A DNA stretch of 59,380 nt, filler included, from Sphacelaria rigidula (Eukaryota), in NCBI GenBank assembly GCA_964200075.2. It is 8 parts of 8 records of this genome, joined end to end, with 100 filler letters (N's around TTAATTAATTAA, not from the genome) between each part and the next. Parts side by side here need not be neighbours in the genome. Positions count along the whole stretch, not along the records: positions 1 to 7,335 come from CAXNAA020015383.1; positions 7,436 to 14,770 come from CAXNAA020015384.1; 6 more parts are not named here. One strand, given 5' to 3'. A program made the position numbers and the translations under genes. Of this stretch, positions 1-11,297 are shown in pieces (positions within the stretch are counted from its first letter, which is position 1; every line of letters starts with the position of its first letter). The notes beneath the pieces are model-generated. The model had not been told where the DNA came from. It saw only the letters and a list, made by a program, of their open reading frames with translations, and did not search any database.

Positions 1-240
1 GGGGGGTTAGGTGGGGGGTTGCAGGGGCCGCGGGTTCCACGAGAAAATATGCTCATAGATGCGTCAAATGACCTAAAACACTCGTGCTGCGCTTGTAGTT
101 GGGTCAAAGCGATATAAATCAGTATGAATGAGCGTTTTTTATTGGGAGCAAGCGCGTTCGAACAACTGTTGGCTGCTTTCGACAGCGATTGGAGTGGAAT
201 TTCATGGGAAATACGGCCCAAAATACCCCCCCCTTATCGT
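1..240 (-). mobile_element. MITE of the CCTACGATAGGGG-TIR family, truncated at fragment start
   Basis: Aligns by eye to the reverse complement of the complete copy at 49584-49800 (shared CCTAAAACAC, ATGAATGAG and CGCGTTCGAACAAC blocks); ends in CCCCCCCCTTATCG, matching the TIR. Confidence 0.75.
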
Positions 241-254
241 GGCATGACGCAACA

Positions 255-522
255 TGGGAATGCTTTCTTCTTTACTCGTTTCTGGTTCCCCACCTTCCTT
301 CTGCGGTGCTTGCCTTATTTTTCATCGCGAGAGGAGTTCAGCGATCTCTTTTCCTCGTCGGCCGTGAAGTCGAATTATCGTGTGTGCACGGTATAATCGC
401 TCTCCACTGTTGGGCATGATGTGAGAGAAAAATCCCAGATCGTGTGACTGCACCGAGATTCGAATTCACGACCCACCCGTCAGAGGATTTCGAGGTTACC
501 AGCTGAGCCACCGCGGGGCGAC
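255..522 (-). mobile_element. tRNA-derived SINE, family 1
   Basis: Minus strand starts GTCGCCCCGCGGTGGCTCAGCTGGTAAC (Pol III A box) and has GAATTCGAATC (B box), followed by a non-tRNA body. The body recurs at 12310-12562 and 31805-31990, and the head at 14871-14948. Confidence 0.85.
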
Positions 523-1031
523 TGACCACAACGCACGATTGACTTATGTACGGTTTCGTCGTCACGTACAAGGGGAAATAAGCATGTTTCCCGACAGTCA
601 CCCCCCATTTTCTCCAGCGTTCGGGCAATTGCAGAGTCAAGACTACCGGGAATGCGAGCGAGAGTGGTCCTCCGTTTCCTCTAGCGTTCAGTAAATTGCA
701 GAGAAGAGACTACCGGGAATACGGGAATCGTCGAGAGAAAGGATGCGAACAAAACGCGCACTTCATTTGCAACACTCGAACAATGTAATAATAGAGCACG
801 AGGTGGCGGTTGCTTTGTGTGCCGGTCGTGCTACCAGCCGGATTCTTTTTTCCGAGATGGAAGCAAAACGACGACGTCATGTGCATCTCGTTACGTGTAC
901 TGTTGGCACGCGAAAAAGGTTGGTCAGAGATGAGCGCAGTACATCTGGAGCTCTTGATAGGAGTGGAGTTCATTGGCCGGAGAAACGAACTCAACCGCTA
1001 CGGTGATCGTGCACTATCTTGCAGGTATTGC

Positions 1032-1236
1032 TGTAATGCGTGGGAGAACCGCGTGCGTTTTGGTCCCCATCGAAGTTCAATCGCCCCTACTGTGATGCTT
1101 GCGGTTAGGGTTAAGGGTTAGGTTCAGGGGCGCGGTCCCTCCAGGAACTGGCACGAACGGTCTTGCAAAACATTAATCCTGGGGTGTTCAAATTCCGATG
1201 CGACCCAAAAAGCACGCGGTCCTCCCACGCATTACG
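1032..1236. mobile_element. MITE with TGTAATGCG TIRs and internal telomere-like repeats (diverged copy)
   Basis: Ends TGTAATGCGTGGGAGAACCGCGTGC ... GCACGCGGTCCTCCCACGCATTACG; contains GGTTAGGGTTAAGGGTTAGG. Same family as 44268-44478 in opposite orientation; TSD not recognisable. Confidence 0.8.
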
Positions 1237-1944
1237 CTACTGCCCTGTTGTGAACCGGTGTGGAGGCATCATTCGTGGAATCAACCGGTCGAAGAGTCCT
1301 GGGAGCACCATGTGAGATGGAACCACGCTTCACCTTCGATCCGTCGGCGAGATCGTAAGTTGGCGTGCTTACACGCCGCAATCTGGCCACCCCCAAAACT
1401 CCCTGCACATGAATATCAATCCCTCCAGAGGGTTTGGGCTAGCAACTGGAGGTGTTGAATCCCTCTGGATTTATTTCCAACAGGAGAGGCTGTTCGAATT
1501 CCGGATTTCCATAGCACGAGTGCCTTTGAAAACAATCCAGAGAAATTGGATATTAGAGAGTTTCGGAAACACAAATCAGAACTTAGGGATAAGGAAAAAC
1601 TCAGGGATTATGAAGAAAGTTGGGATTTAAGGCCAGGACATGACGAATTCCCCTAGGTAAACCCCGAAAACTGAACCCTGAGATGAGACATGCGCGGCAA
1701 CTCGGGATTAATTTTCAATTTTTCAAAAAAAAAACTGAGTTGCTAGACACCCCAAAACGTTGGTGCCAAACTAAGGGGTACGAAACGGAACTAGACACCC
1801 TGCCCCATAACGACCAAGGTTACAGAACACAGCCGTAGGACAAATATCATAAGTGAGGCGGTGGCAGATGTCGTGAACGCCCGCGACAGCACTGGTGATG
1901 GCAGCTCGTTCACAAGGGTGAACCAAAACTACGGGGAAAACTTG

Positions 1945-2208
1945 GAAGCGCACGGGGGAGCCGAGACACCAGTCGACCTGGCTTGTGATGATGCGAAAGG
2001 GCGGGAGTCGGCCGCTCAAGCAGCCGCTATGGGGATCTCGACAAAATGGCAACCCAACGTGAAGCTTGCGTTAGCTCGCGCAGTTACACCACCGTTGGGT
2101 GGCCATTTTGTCGAGATCCCCGTAGCGGCTGCATGAGCGGCCCACTTCAGCCCTTCCACGTCATATTTAGCCAGGTCGACAGGTGTCTCTGTTCCCCCTC
2201 TCGCCTTC
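1945..2208. repeat. Long imperfect inverted repeat (arms 1945-2059 and 2093-2208, ~33-nt loop)
   Basis: The inner 50 nt of the arms differ at only 3 positions (GGCCGCTCA[A/T]GCAGCCGCTA[T/C]GGGGATCTCGACAAAATGGC[A/C]ACCCAACG); outer parts are more diverged. Confidence 0.95.
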
Positions 2209-2640
2209 ACGCAGCTAGGATTACTGCGTGTGGTGAACCTTTATCGAGAACTACTGTAATTTCTGAGAGAATGCAAACGGACACACATGGGCATGTGCAC
2301 ACTTGTGCTGCAGACAACATTAGTACAGTACTACAGACAGTCTGAGGGGTACAGTACAGAACACTTCCTACCGAAAGTATACAAAACTGTCTACAGACAG
2401 TGCAACAGTACAGTAGTAGTATACACACGTGGACAAATAGCACCCTGTAGGACGAGCTGCACAGGGTTCTCCACAGTCTTTGTGAAAACTCCTGTGTATC
2501 ATTTGCAAACCCTAGTACCTGTAATAGCATTTTGCATAGCGTTTTTGTCGAAACCCTGCAAGCAACCCTGTGGAGAGGCCTTCCCAATTTGGAAAATTCC
2601 AAATTATATTGGTACAAAATATGTAAATTAATTTATTTGG

Positions 2641-2878
2641 AATAGCTTCTCCTGCTGTCCGAGATAAATTCCAATTTCCCCGATTTGATTCGGGCAAAAT
2701 AGAATTTATCTCGGACAGCAGGAGAAGCTATTTAAAACAGATCTCTTTTTCGCCCAATTGATTTGGGCAAAAAAAGGATATGTTTCGAACAGCAGAGGAA
2801 GCTGTACGAAATAGATAAATGTTTTGCCCAATATAAGGGGGCGAAAAAAGGATCTATTTCGAACAGCGTCCTCTGCTG
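2641..2878. repeat. Two adjacent related hairpins (foldback/MITE-like)
   Basis: Perfect 31-bp IR at 2641-2671/2702-2732 (AATAGCTTCTCCTGCTGTCCGAGATAAATTC); 27-bp IR with 2 mismatches at 2790-2816/2852-2878. The ACAGCAG-AGAAGCT motif recurs to ~2935. Confidence 0.9.
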
Positions 2879-4040
2879 CGCAAATCCCATGCACACTCGC
2901 AGATTTGGAATTTAAACAGCAGAAGAAGCTCGAAATAAATCTCCATTTTGCCCTCCATTTCATCCGGAGATCGGGGGAAAAGATATTCATTGCGAACAGC
3001 GTCAGCTGGGCATATCCCGCATACTGCCTCGTTATCAGCATACCGTCATGCAGATGAGTGAGATAGGTCGTTGTGCGAGCTGTGATGGTAAATGACTGAG
3101 TGCCTGAATTAAACTAGCTCTTCGGGGATGCAGATGATCCCCAGAAACGACCGACGGGTATGGAAAGATTCGAGTCGAACGTGTGTTGTGGTAAGGCAGG
3201 ATTTGGATTGTTTTCTTTTTGTTGGCGCATCTGGTTGAAGGTAGATAGATTGTACCCGATTAGCCGCGTTTACCTACTGCTACTGCGTTGTTTGGCTTAA
3301 GGTACAGCACGCCACGGTGATTTTGTATTATGACGAGGTTGTAAGCGGTCAGACGGACGTACCGATAGAACAGCTGCCCCCAGCTGTTCTACCCACCTGA
3401 ACAAACCGACCGCAGCCTACAAACACCTATTGGATAAAGAAGAGCTTTTCCCCATCACTTACCATCCTCGGTCTCTCCGCCTCCACGGTCGCGAGCCACA
3501 GCATTGACGTGAGTCTAAGCTGTGCTGTACTTCTACCCTCATCCACAATTATTACTTGTTTTCTAGCTTTGGGGCTGTGTGGTTTTCCCTTTTGACAGCT
3601 GGGCTATTGGATCGAGATATTGAACCAACAGTTTGAGTGTAGCAAGTCGAACCAGGATCGCTTGTTGACACCTCACAAGGGTGTGGCTTGCTTGCGTTCG
3701 GCGTATACGGTTTTACTACTTGCGGTATTGCCCATAACGCCACATTGTGGGGTTTCAGAGGTAGCGTGTTTCATTCAAGCTGTACGGTTTTTCTTTTTCG
3801 GTCAGCCGCTGTTTATACACAGTCAAACACCAGCTCACGGTTCTCTCTCCAAAACCTTGTATTTCGGCCCTTGTTTTCACTTGATATTTGTGTGCACGAT
3901 TTAGCGGTGTAATACACCGAGCTAATCAGACAGCTTCTTAGACAGCTGTCTCTCTTTTACTCGGAGTTTAACAGACATCCCGACTCGAGTTAGCTGCAGG
4001 GGTTCGATGTGTCATACAGTCCCCACGTTGGTTTCAGGCA

Positions 4041-7000
4041 ATGGCGACCGAACCATGAGGCGCTTCAGGTACGAACGCACACGCAAGCCTTCTTTCGCTG
4101 CACAAGCATAGTCCCCGCAACCTGCAGGTCATATCGACGGTACAAGCCAACCCACTGTGGCAGATGCGCTCTCCCTGGTAACGTTATACACTGCACAGAG
4201 AACGCATAGCGTTTTCATGCACACTCGATCTGATGTGCTGTGTCCTTTTTCACCCACGGGAGGTTCTCGGATAATAAAGGAGCTCACACGTTCCTTGTTT
4301 GGATACGCCCCTCACGGGCCCGTAGCTTTTGCAACGCCCCCCGACCACCTGCCACCGCAAGCGCCCCTGCTCACAGTCCGTCGATTCTGTATCAACCGAA
4401 TCGACCGATATGTGTCCCAACACCCGCCGATTCATGCTTGCAGGTAACGAGTACGCGGCCTGTTACAATCGCCGCCCGATGCGCAGACGATTTTTCTTCC
4501 AAACACGGAACGTTGATCCACCATCCGCATCGAATTATATTGATGCGACATGATGGACTCGGACTGAAGATGTTGCATGTACACGAGCATGATTGAACAC
4601 GGCGAGGCGTGAGGCTCATGTTACTTGTACACAAGCTCTCGACTCTGTACTATTTTCACTTTCACACGGCACCAGGGCACACTAAAGTTTGATTGCCGCC
4701 CCACCAACACGCACTACAGTACACACTTGATCGTCCAGAAAGCCGCGTGCCTCTCGCGTTGAAATATTGTTCCGAATTGAAGTACTGACCACAGTACAGT
4801 ACCATCTCAGTTCCAAATGGTCTCGGCGGGCAATATGTTGCGGATGGCGAGGTACCGTGGTGTACATGCGCTGTTACTGCTGCACTATCTGAACGAAATC
4901 ATCTATATTGCATTGGAGATATGAACACGGCGCGGATATAGCGGGCGTCGGGTGTTCTTCGTGTAATACGAACGAATTGACGTCGGTACAGCACCATTGA
5001 CCCGACCCTCCGCTACCCCACGCAAAGATCATATGTACTGTAGTGTGCCACCGTGCATTTTGCTGTCTGGTGCTTTGTACGCTGCTGTTGTACTGCACTA
5101 CATATTTGTATTACGGTTGCGCTTTTACATTTTTTTACTGTTTACCTGCACGATGATACGTCATCGACCCCCGACTCGGCTATTTTCGGCGAACTACGCG
5201 GTACTGTAATACGTATCGCCAGCTGCGCTGGTATTGCCTCTGGAAACACGGCATCCCGTAGTAATTTGTTTTCTCCGTCTCAACGTGTTCTCAAAATAGA
5301 ACTGAGCGGTTTGACGTTGCTGTTCGCTGCATCCCACACGTCTATTCCTTCGTGGCATGCAGGTTTGTTAATGCGCTGTTGCCCTGGTGACAGACACTGT
5401 ATGTCTGTTGATTGTGACAACCTTCGTTTTCTTGTCTCTTGCTGTTATAATTTATTCCAACACACACATACGGTTTGTTGTGTGCCTTCGACACTTTTTC
5501 TTCTCCTTTGTCTGCACCTGATTAAAAAGGTGATAGACCGCTACATGTGCGGAGTGCGCGGACCTACATGTCGATCGAAAACTGTCGACAGTACCCTGCC
5601 ACTCTATTTCTTTTATTTTTGTTCGCTCCGCCTCAGTCCTCACCAACTGTGCTGTCTCCCACGACGAAACGTTCACTTTTCAACTCCCGCACCTCTACGT
5701 TAACGATCTGGCGCAATTGCGCAGGTGTACAAGCCATTTCTGATATGAACCGCCCTTCGACTTCATCGGAGCACGATGTCACGAAGGACGGTGCACTCCC
5801 TATAGACAGTGGTGAACGACCGTACAAGTCAACCACGCGTAGTGAGACGAGTGGCAAAAACGAACCAGAACGTTGTGATGATAGTAACGTCGTTGCAGGA
5901 CGTATTTTCAGGGACGTGAGTGTGGATAAAGACAATCCTCCTCCACATGCTCACCCTAACCCCGTTGGTGCCCACTCCCCTGTACACCAACCAGCAACTC
6001 AAAGCGCTGACGGTGTTGCCACTCTTCTTTCTAAGATGGCACCGCTTCACGTGAGCCCTAATGCTACGATAACCTTTGCTGGCGATGACCTCCTCACCCC
6101 ACCAGGGCGGTACCCACACAACACTGATGCTCACCTTACAACTTGACAACTTTTTAGGAATGTTCTACAAGTTCCGGAGATTCCAAATAGCATACAGTGG
6201 GGTAACCCAGGACGCGTTGCTTAGCCCAAAACCTAAGCCCCGGCCACCTGCCTGTTTATTTTCTACTTCTGTAATACATTTCTCATTAGTTGGCACAATC
6301 CTACAATTAGAAATGAACACTGAAAGTGATTCACTGCAGAAGTATCCAACAATTTTATGTCAACCATTTTTTTGTCGCTCGGCCAGGTCACACACATCAC
6401 TCGCACGAATCGGCGGTGGCCACCGTGGGTTCAACATATGTGGCGTGGGTTCCCTGGATATGCTAACACTGCCTCGAAGGGTTCAAAGAAAGTCGAAGCC
6501 CGTGCACCGTTGCATGCCCATCAGTTGAGCAGTGACCAAACCCAACGTTTTAACCCTGGAGTTGATCACCCTGTTTTACATTCACCAGGTACTAATCATA
6601 TTCAATCGAATCCCCTCCCTTTGAAGGAGAGGAAGTCATGTAGTGCAATTTCTCACGCATCAGGAGCCGAAATATCTCCTGGTACGGTAGATACTGCTGC
6701 TTCGACTGTTCATCGGAGAACACAAGATTCAAAACCACACATACGAGCACCCCCCAACTGCTCAAGTGCCCGGGTAACCACCCTACCGAGTTCCGCAAAA
6801 CCTACGGTACCCGGCCCCCTTTTATTTGATGAGCGTAATTATTCCTTGAAGGGTCGCAACCGCAAAGAACCCATGCTTTCCGTCGCTCAGCGAGTTGGAA
6901 TGGAACCCCAAGTGACAGCGACTCAGGTGATGCGCCAAGAGCGTGACCTAGGTTCGACTATCCAAGAACTCATTTCAATAGCTCCGGGGGCCGCCGACCC

Positions 7001-7313
7001 TTTCGTGCGCTACACGCGTCACCAGAGGCAGGCTCCTCCAGACGATCATGTAGATAACCCTGATGTAGCAAGCGCATGTGACCTCCAAGGAGGAGATTGC
7101 GTGTGGGCTCAGACAGATGAAAACCTTAGAGCGGAACAGGCCGGTACTCCCCAGATTTCGAACAGATCGTTACTGCTCCCTGACCACCCCGCGTGCACTA
7201 CGTTAGAACCCATTTCCGATGAAGCGTTGCCGTCTGTAGGGACAGAGAATTCGCCGAGTCATGGACGTTCGCATCCTAATCATAAACGCACCTCAATCGT
7301 GTGTTCGAGTCAT
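4041..7313 (+). CDS. Putative multi-exon orphan gene or pseudogene, Ser/Pro/Thr-rich product (exons ~4041-4068, 4128-4177, 4377-4443, 5725-6050, 6387->7313)
   Basis: All four predicted GT-AG introns are phase-compatible. Intron 6051-6386 (GTGAGC ... TTTTTTTGTCGCTCGGCCAG) removes every stop between two same-frame ORFs, and the last exon is open for over 300 codons. One in-frame TGA at 4056. No domain recognised. Confidence 0.45.
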
Positions 7314-7335
7314 CCTACGATAGGGGGGGGGGGGG
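7314..7335 (+). mobile_element. Left TIR of a CCTACGATAGGGG-family MITE, cut by fragment end
   Basis: AT-CCTACGATAGGGGGG matches the reverse complement of the right terminus of the 49584-49800 copy. Confidence 0.7.
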
Positions 7336-7435
7336 NNNNNNNNNNNNNNNNNNNNNNNNNNNNNNNNNNNNNNNNNNNNTTAATTAATTAANNNNNNNNN
7401 NNNNNNNNNNNNNNNNNNNNNNNNNNNNNNNNNNN
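7336..7435. other. Artificial linker N44-TTAATTAATTAA-N44 (also 14771-14870, 22206-22305, 29641-29740, 37076-37175, 44511-44610, 51946-52045)
   Basis: Identical 100-nt spacers with stop codons in all six frames at an exact period of 7435 nt; 8x7335 + 7x100 = 59380. Confidence 0.99.
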
Positions 7436-9011
7436 GGGGTGGTGGGGGGGGGGGGGGGGGGTGGGGGGGGGGGGTGGGAGGGCGGGGGGGGGGGGGGGGG
7501 GGCGGGGGGGTTCTCATTATCTGCATGCCGTCGTCATGTGTACATAGGCAACACACTGACAACAAATATGTATCAACAGGGAGAATGGTACACATGGCCT
7601 GCCTACTCTACACTTTATTCAACGCCCTCTATAAAAAAAACTTGAGGGATGGTGATGCTTCACGGTTATCATACGGTAAGGGGGACCTATAGTGGGTAAA
7701 TCCGTTCATATATGAGCGTATTATAGATGTACATCAAGTGTGTTGTTTCTACGGTACTGTACACAAAAAATGCCGATGCACATACCTGCACGTATATACA
7801 GGTCCAAACCTCTCGGATTTCGGTAAGTAAAAATATGGGCAACCGTCGAGCAAATCGGGCGACTCATATAACGTAACATGTATTTCTTCTGGACGCCCAC
7901 GTTCGACATAGGTCCACCTACTGCTCTTAATTCGCAAACATCTTTGATATTTAGGTTTTCCCCATGTTCACCAGGTTTGGCGGACATCGGGTCAGCAATA
8001 AATTCATAGCAGCCCTGCGCCAAGATACATGTGTACTTTCCCAACGATTGGCATACAGTACAGTATCCCGTGTGAATGTTTTGTACAACAACAAAAACGT
8101 TTTTCAAAAGCATAGTACGCGTGGTCTCCACAATGAAAACCTCAAACATCAAGATGGGGAAAAGGCGCACCCGCGCACAGGGGAGGGGGGGGGGGGGGGG
8201 GAGCCTCAATCATTCCGCAGGTGAAGAACATGACCCCAGAGTCTCGAGCGTACGACCGTAGGAGATTCGTACTGCCTTGTATCAAGCACAAAACTCCGAG
8301 TTACTACATCATCTGCTAGTTATGTGCTCTTTGGGGGTAACACGAGACGGACGCTGCGGCGAGAGTGTTAATACACCAATAAAGAGTGTCAAGTATCGCT
8401 ATTTTTTTCCCCGTTCTTCATTATGTAGCTCGGTAGCCTCGTTCTCGTTTTTTTGTGCAAATAACTGTCTTGCTATGGTTATAAATACATTTCTTGCGGA
8501 CCTCAAAGATGGAAGCTGTCACCCATGTTGCAGAGTACTTTTCATTTGACGCAGCGCAGAGAAATAGTTCGTTCAACGCACAAGGTTTTGGCATTTCTAC
8601 ACGCAAGACACTCCATTTTTTTGCACACAAGGTCCCCGAACTCCACCAACACTTTACCCTTCCCCGCACTTCACTGAGATTGAGGTTCAGACCGTGATCC
8701 ATTTCACCACTGTCGTACTGTACCAACACCTTAGGCTATGAAGGGAAAAGGAATGCAAAGCAAATCCAAGCAACCCAGACCAAAAATATGAAAAAACGAA
8801 AACAAAAACAAGGACAATAAACAGAAACGAAAACAAGACAAGCATGCACAATACATTCGTTTTCCACCAAATCATCAGACTCAAACATTAAAACACGACG
8901 TCGATAAAGCAAACTTCGAAGCAGTCAAGCACATATCAAAACAAGGAAACAGGCACAAAACACGCAACAAATTGAAAACAGGCCGAAACAACGAAATCAA
9001 GGCAGACTCAC

Positions 9012-9118
9012 AAGTAGATGGTCGCGGTGGTTGGCTCCACGATGTTGACCGCCCAGGAGTACGCGTTATAGGGGTACACCGTCCCAAACACCACCATGTA
9101 AAGCAACGCCATCCAAGG
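9012..9118 (-). CDS. EamA / WAT1-related (nodulin MtN21, drug/metabolite transporter) internal exon
   Basis: Translates PWMALLYMVVFGTVYPYNAYSWAVNIVEPTTATIY, typical of the second EamA repeat. Acceptor AAG at 9121-9119, donor GTGAGT from 9011. The phase-0 start matches the upstream exon 13031-13198. This reading is not in the ORF track. Confidence 0.85.
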
Positions 9119-9423
9119 CTTTCGTAGCGTGAATCATGTGAGAATGACGGGATGTGGTCATCCCCCACGGCCAGTAGGGGCGGCACACGGTACCACCACA
9201 CAAGAGCACAAGAACCCGTAACCATTGAAAAAACACGTGAAAGGCAGACGACGGGGCGAAGAAGGCGAAGGAGGCGTTTCGACAAATTACACTTGAGCTA
9301 TGATATATATGCATGGGGAATATCATGCCGTGCCTTCACGCTGTACTCCGCATTGAACAAAGACGAGGCGACCTTTGGCTTTGGCCGAGAACCCTGCTCC
9401 ATTTTTTCGAACAAAATAATAAT

Positions 9424-9606
9424 AACGCTAACCCTACCGGTGACCTTAACTCCGACCCAAGGCGCACGACAACCCTCGGACAAGGGGGGTGCAAAGGTTG
9501 GCCTCGGCAAAGTGTGCGTTGGCAGACCTCATATCGGCGCCTTTTTGTTCTGGGCAAGCCAGGAGCACCCAGCCGCTCTCAAAATCCGAATACCGGTGTT
9601 CACTCT
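9424..9606 (+). repeat. Interspersed ~200-bp repeat headed by degenerate (CCCTAA)n (also 13976-14090 +, 22914-23080 +, 23710-23900 -, 36157-36366 +)
   Basis: Copies share a CCCTAA-like head followed by CAAGGCACACCGAGAACCCTCGGGCAAG...GCAAAGTGTGCGTTGCCAGA-CTCA. Confidence 0.85.
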
Positions 9607-11204
9607 CAATCAAGTGCAGCAGTGGGCGACCTGACTATTCAGGGGTGTTGAGGAGTTCTCCTCGCGTACTACTCTTCGATAGAACTCGAAATTGCTAGCG
9701 CCAGTAGATTTTGGTACAATGAATAGACAATCTTCGAAACACAGTGCCTGAGTCAGAGTTAGTTGGTGTTATCGGGCGATACGAGTAAATACCTCGTTCA
9801 CCAGGAGGGTGTCATTGACGGTGAAACACAGTTTTTCGGCTCTAGTGCAATGAGTAGATGAAATTTGAAAAAAACAAAAATTACGCTTCTTCACATGTAT
9901 GAGAGGGACAGGCTCGACCGACCGAAAATACCCAAGAGTAAGAATTTGTGCTAAACTGTGGTAGGACCCCTGATGACCAGTTAGCCTGCAAGTCATTCAG
10001 TGTTGAGTACAGATGATTTTTGTTATTGGAACGTGGGGCGGGTACAAATACCTTCAGATCCTTAATGTGATGAGCGGTGGCAAGCGGAAAGAGCCCAAGA
10101 AAATCGCTAATTAAGAAAAAATCACAAGACGCCACAAAATGAATAGCTAGACCGCCTACTAATGTAGCCGTCCCGTCAACCGTAGATTTTCAACCAAAGC
10201 TAAAGCTCTACTGACGAAGACACCCGCTGCATCAATCTGTGAAGCAACGAAAAACGCAGATGGCCCTCAAACCCATTCAAGCTAGCAGCTTGTGTATACC
10301 GCCACCTCGATCGGTTTCTCGTACACTTCGTGGACGTATAGATGTACATGTATCATTTCACATTTTTCACCACTTTCGCCGAGTTTTCTCTGGCAGCAAG
10401 GCATTTTTTCACGCGCTTGCTTTTGCAGCGCACTGAGAAGGCTCAGTGGTACATTACCGTTCAGGTTTGGGGGCCATCCGATACCTGCGGCGCGTGTTCT
10501 GGCCAACGAAAGTCCCTCAAACTGGCCCTTTTTCGCGGGGTGTCGATCCCGAACCACAAAAGCATTTTCAGGATCATGGAAAACTTGAGACAAGAACCCG
10601 AACCACAGAAAAGCCTGCTGAAGACCATGGAAATCTTCAAACAGGATTACATTTGGCGGGGTATGTTTTCCCCCGTGTTTCTCTTCGTCGCGTTCTCGTT
10701 TATTCGGGAGCACAAACACACCGGCCATGCCGCCAATGTCACGAGAGCATGAGAGCAAAACAGTTGAAAACAATTGAACATTGCCTCGGCCTTGGTCAGC
10801 AGCGAGCACAAGACCGTGCAATGCGCCGTTGGCGAGTTGAACAAGGGCACAGCAGGACGGCAGCACAGAAATGTTTTCCCGCAAAAACAATCAACCTGTT
10901 TTGGAAAAAGGCCCCGTGATGTAGAAGCCACAATGATGTACAAAGAACATGCCAAGAATGTTCCACGCATTCCAATTTTCCGGGAATACCTCCCGCTGTC
11001 ATGTCTTTGTGGCGCGAGAGCTACTTCGCACTCTGGAACCTCGGAAATACCACACATGCATGTCCAACGCCGGCGGAACGATCTCTGTATTGTACATCGA
11101 GATACAACAGCCTCTCTCAACCATATATTTTCGACTTGCCCCACCCCCGGGAGGTCCGTACCAACGTCCTGAAGACGAACCTTGTACATATACATATATA
11201 ATGT

Positions 11205-11297
11205 CACACCCTGGACAATATATGGTCGATAGCCTATACATTACGCAAAACATAATTTGTCTGCTGCAATTATCCACCATATTTTGTCCAGAGTATG
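11205..11297. mobile_element. Small (~90-105 bp) hairpin MITE; second copy at 57820-57925
   Basis: IR CTGGACAATATATGGTCGATA / TATCCACCATATTTTGTCCAG; internal CCTATAC-TTACGCA shared with the reverse complement of 57820-57925. Confidence 0.65.

Noticed and set aside
440..522. tRNA genes (also 12490-12562, 14871-14948, 34885-34958)
   Set aside because: A and B boxes are present but there is no complete cloverleaf or acceptor stem, and the heads are fused to repeated bodies, so these are SINEs.
1100..1125. True telomere or chromosome end (also other CCCTAA/TTAGGG tracts)
   Set aside because: Short, degenerate and embedded in interspersed repeats.
7380..7391. TTAATTAATTAA palindrome recurring every 7435 nt
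   Set aside because: Synthetic six-frame stop linker embedded in Ns; not biological and unrelated to the TTAA MITE target sites.
6357..7391. 344-aa single-exon ORF as given in the ORF track
   Set aside because: It runs into a MITE end and the N linker, and its ATG lies in a probable intron; reinterpreted as an exon starting at 6387.
7436..7692. Gly-rich / Pro-rich ORFs
   Set aside because: Translation of a G homopolymer tract at a fragment end.
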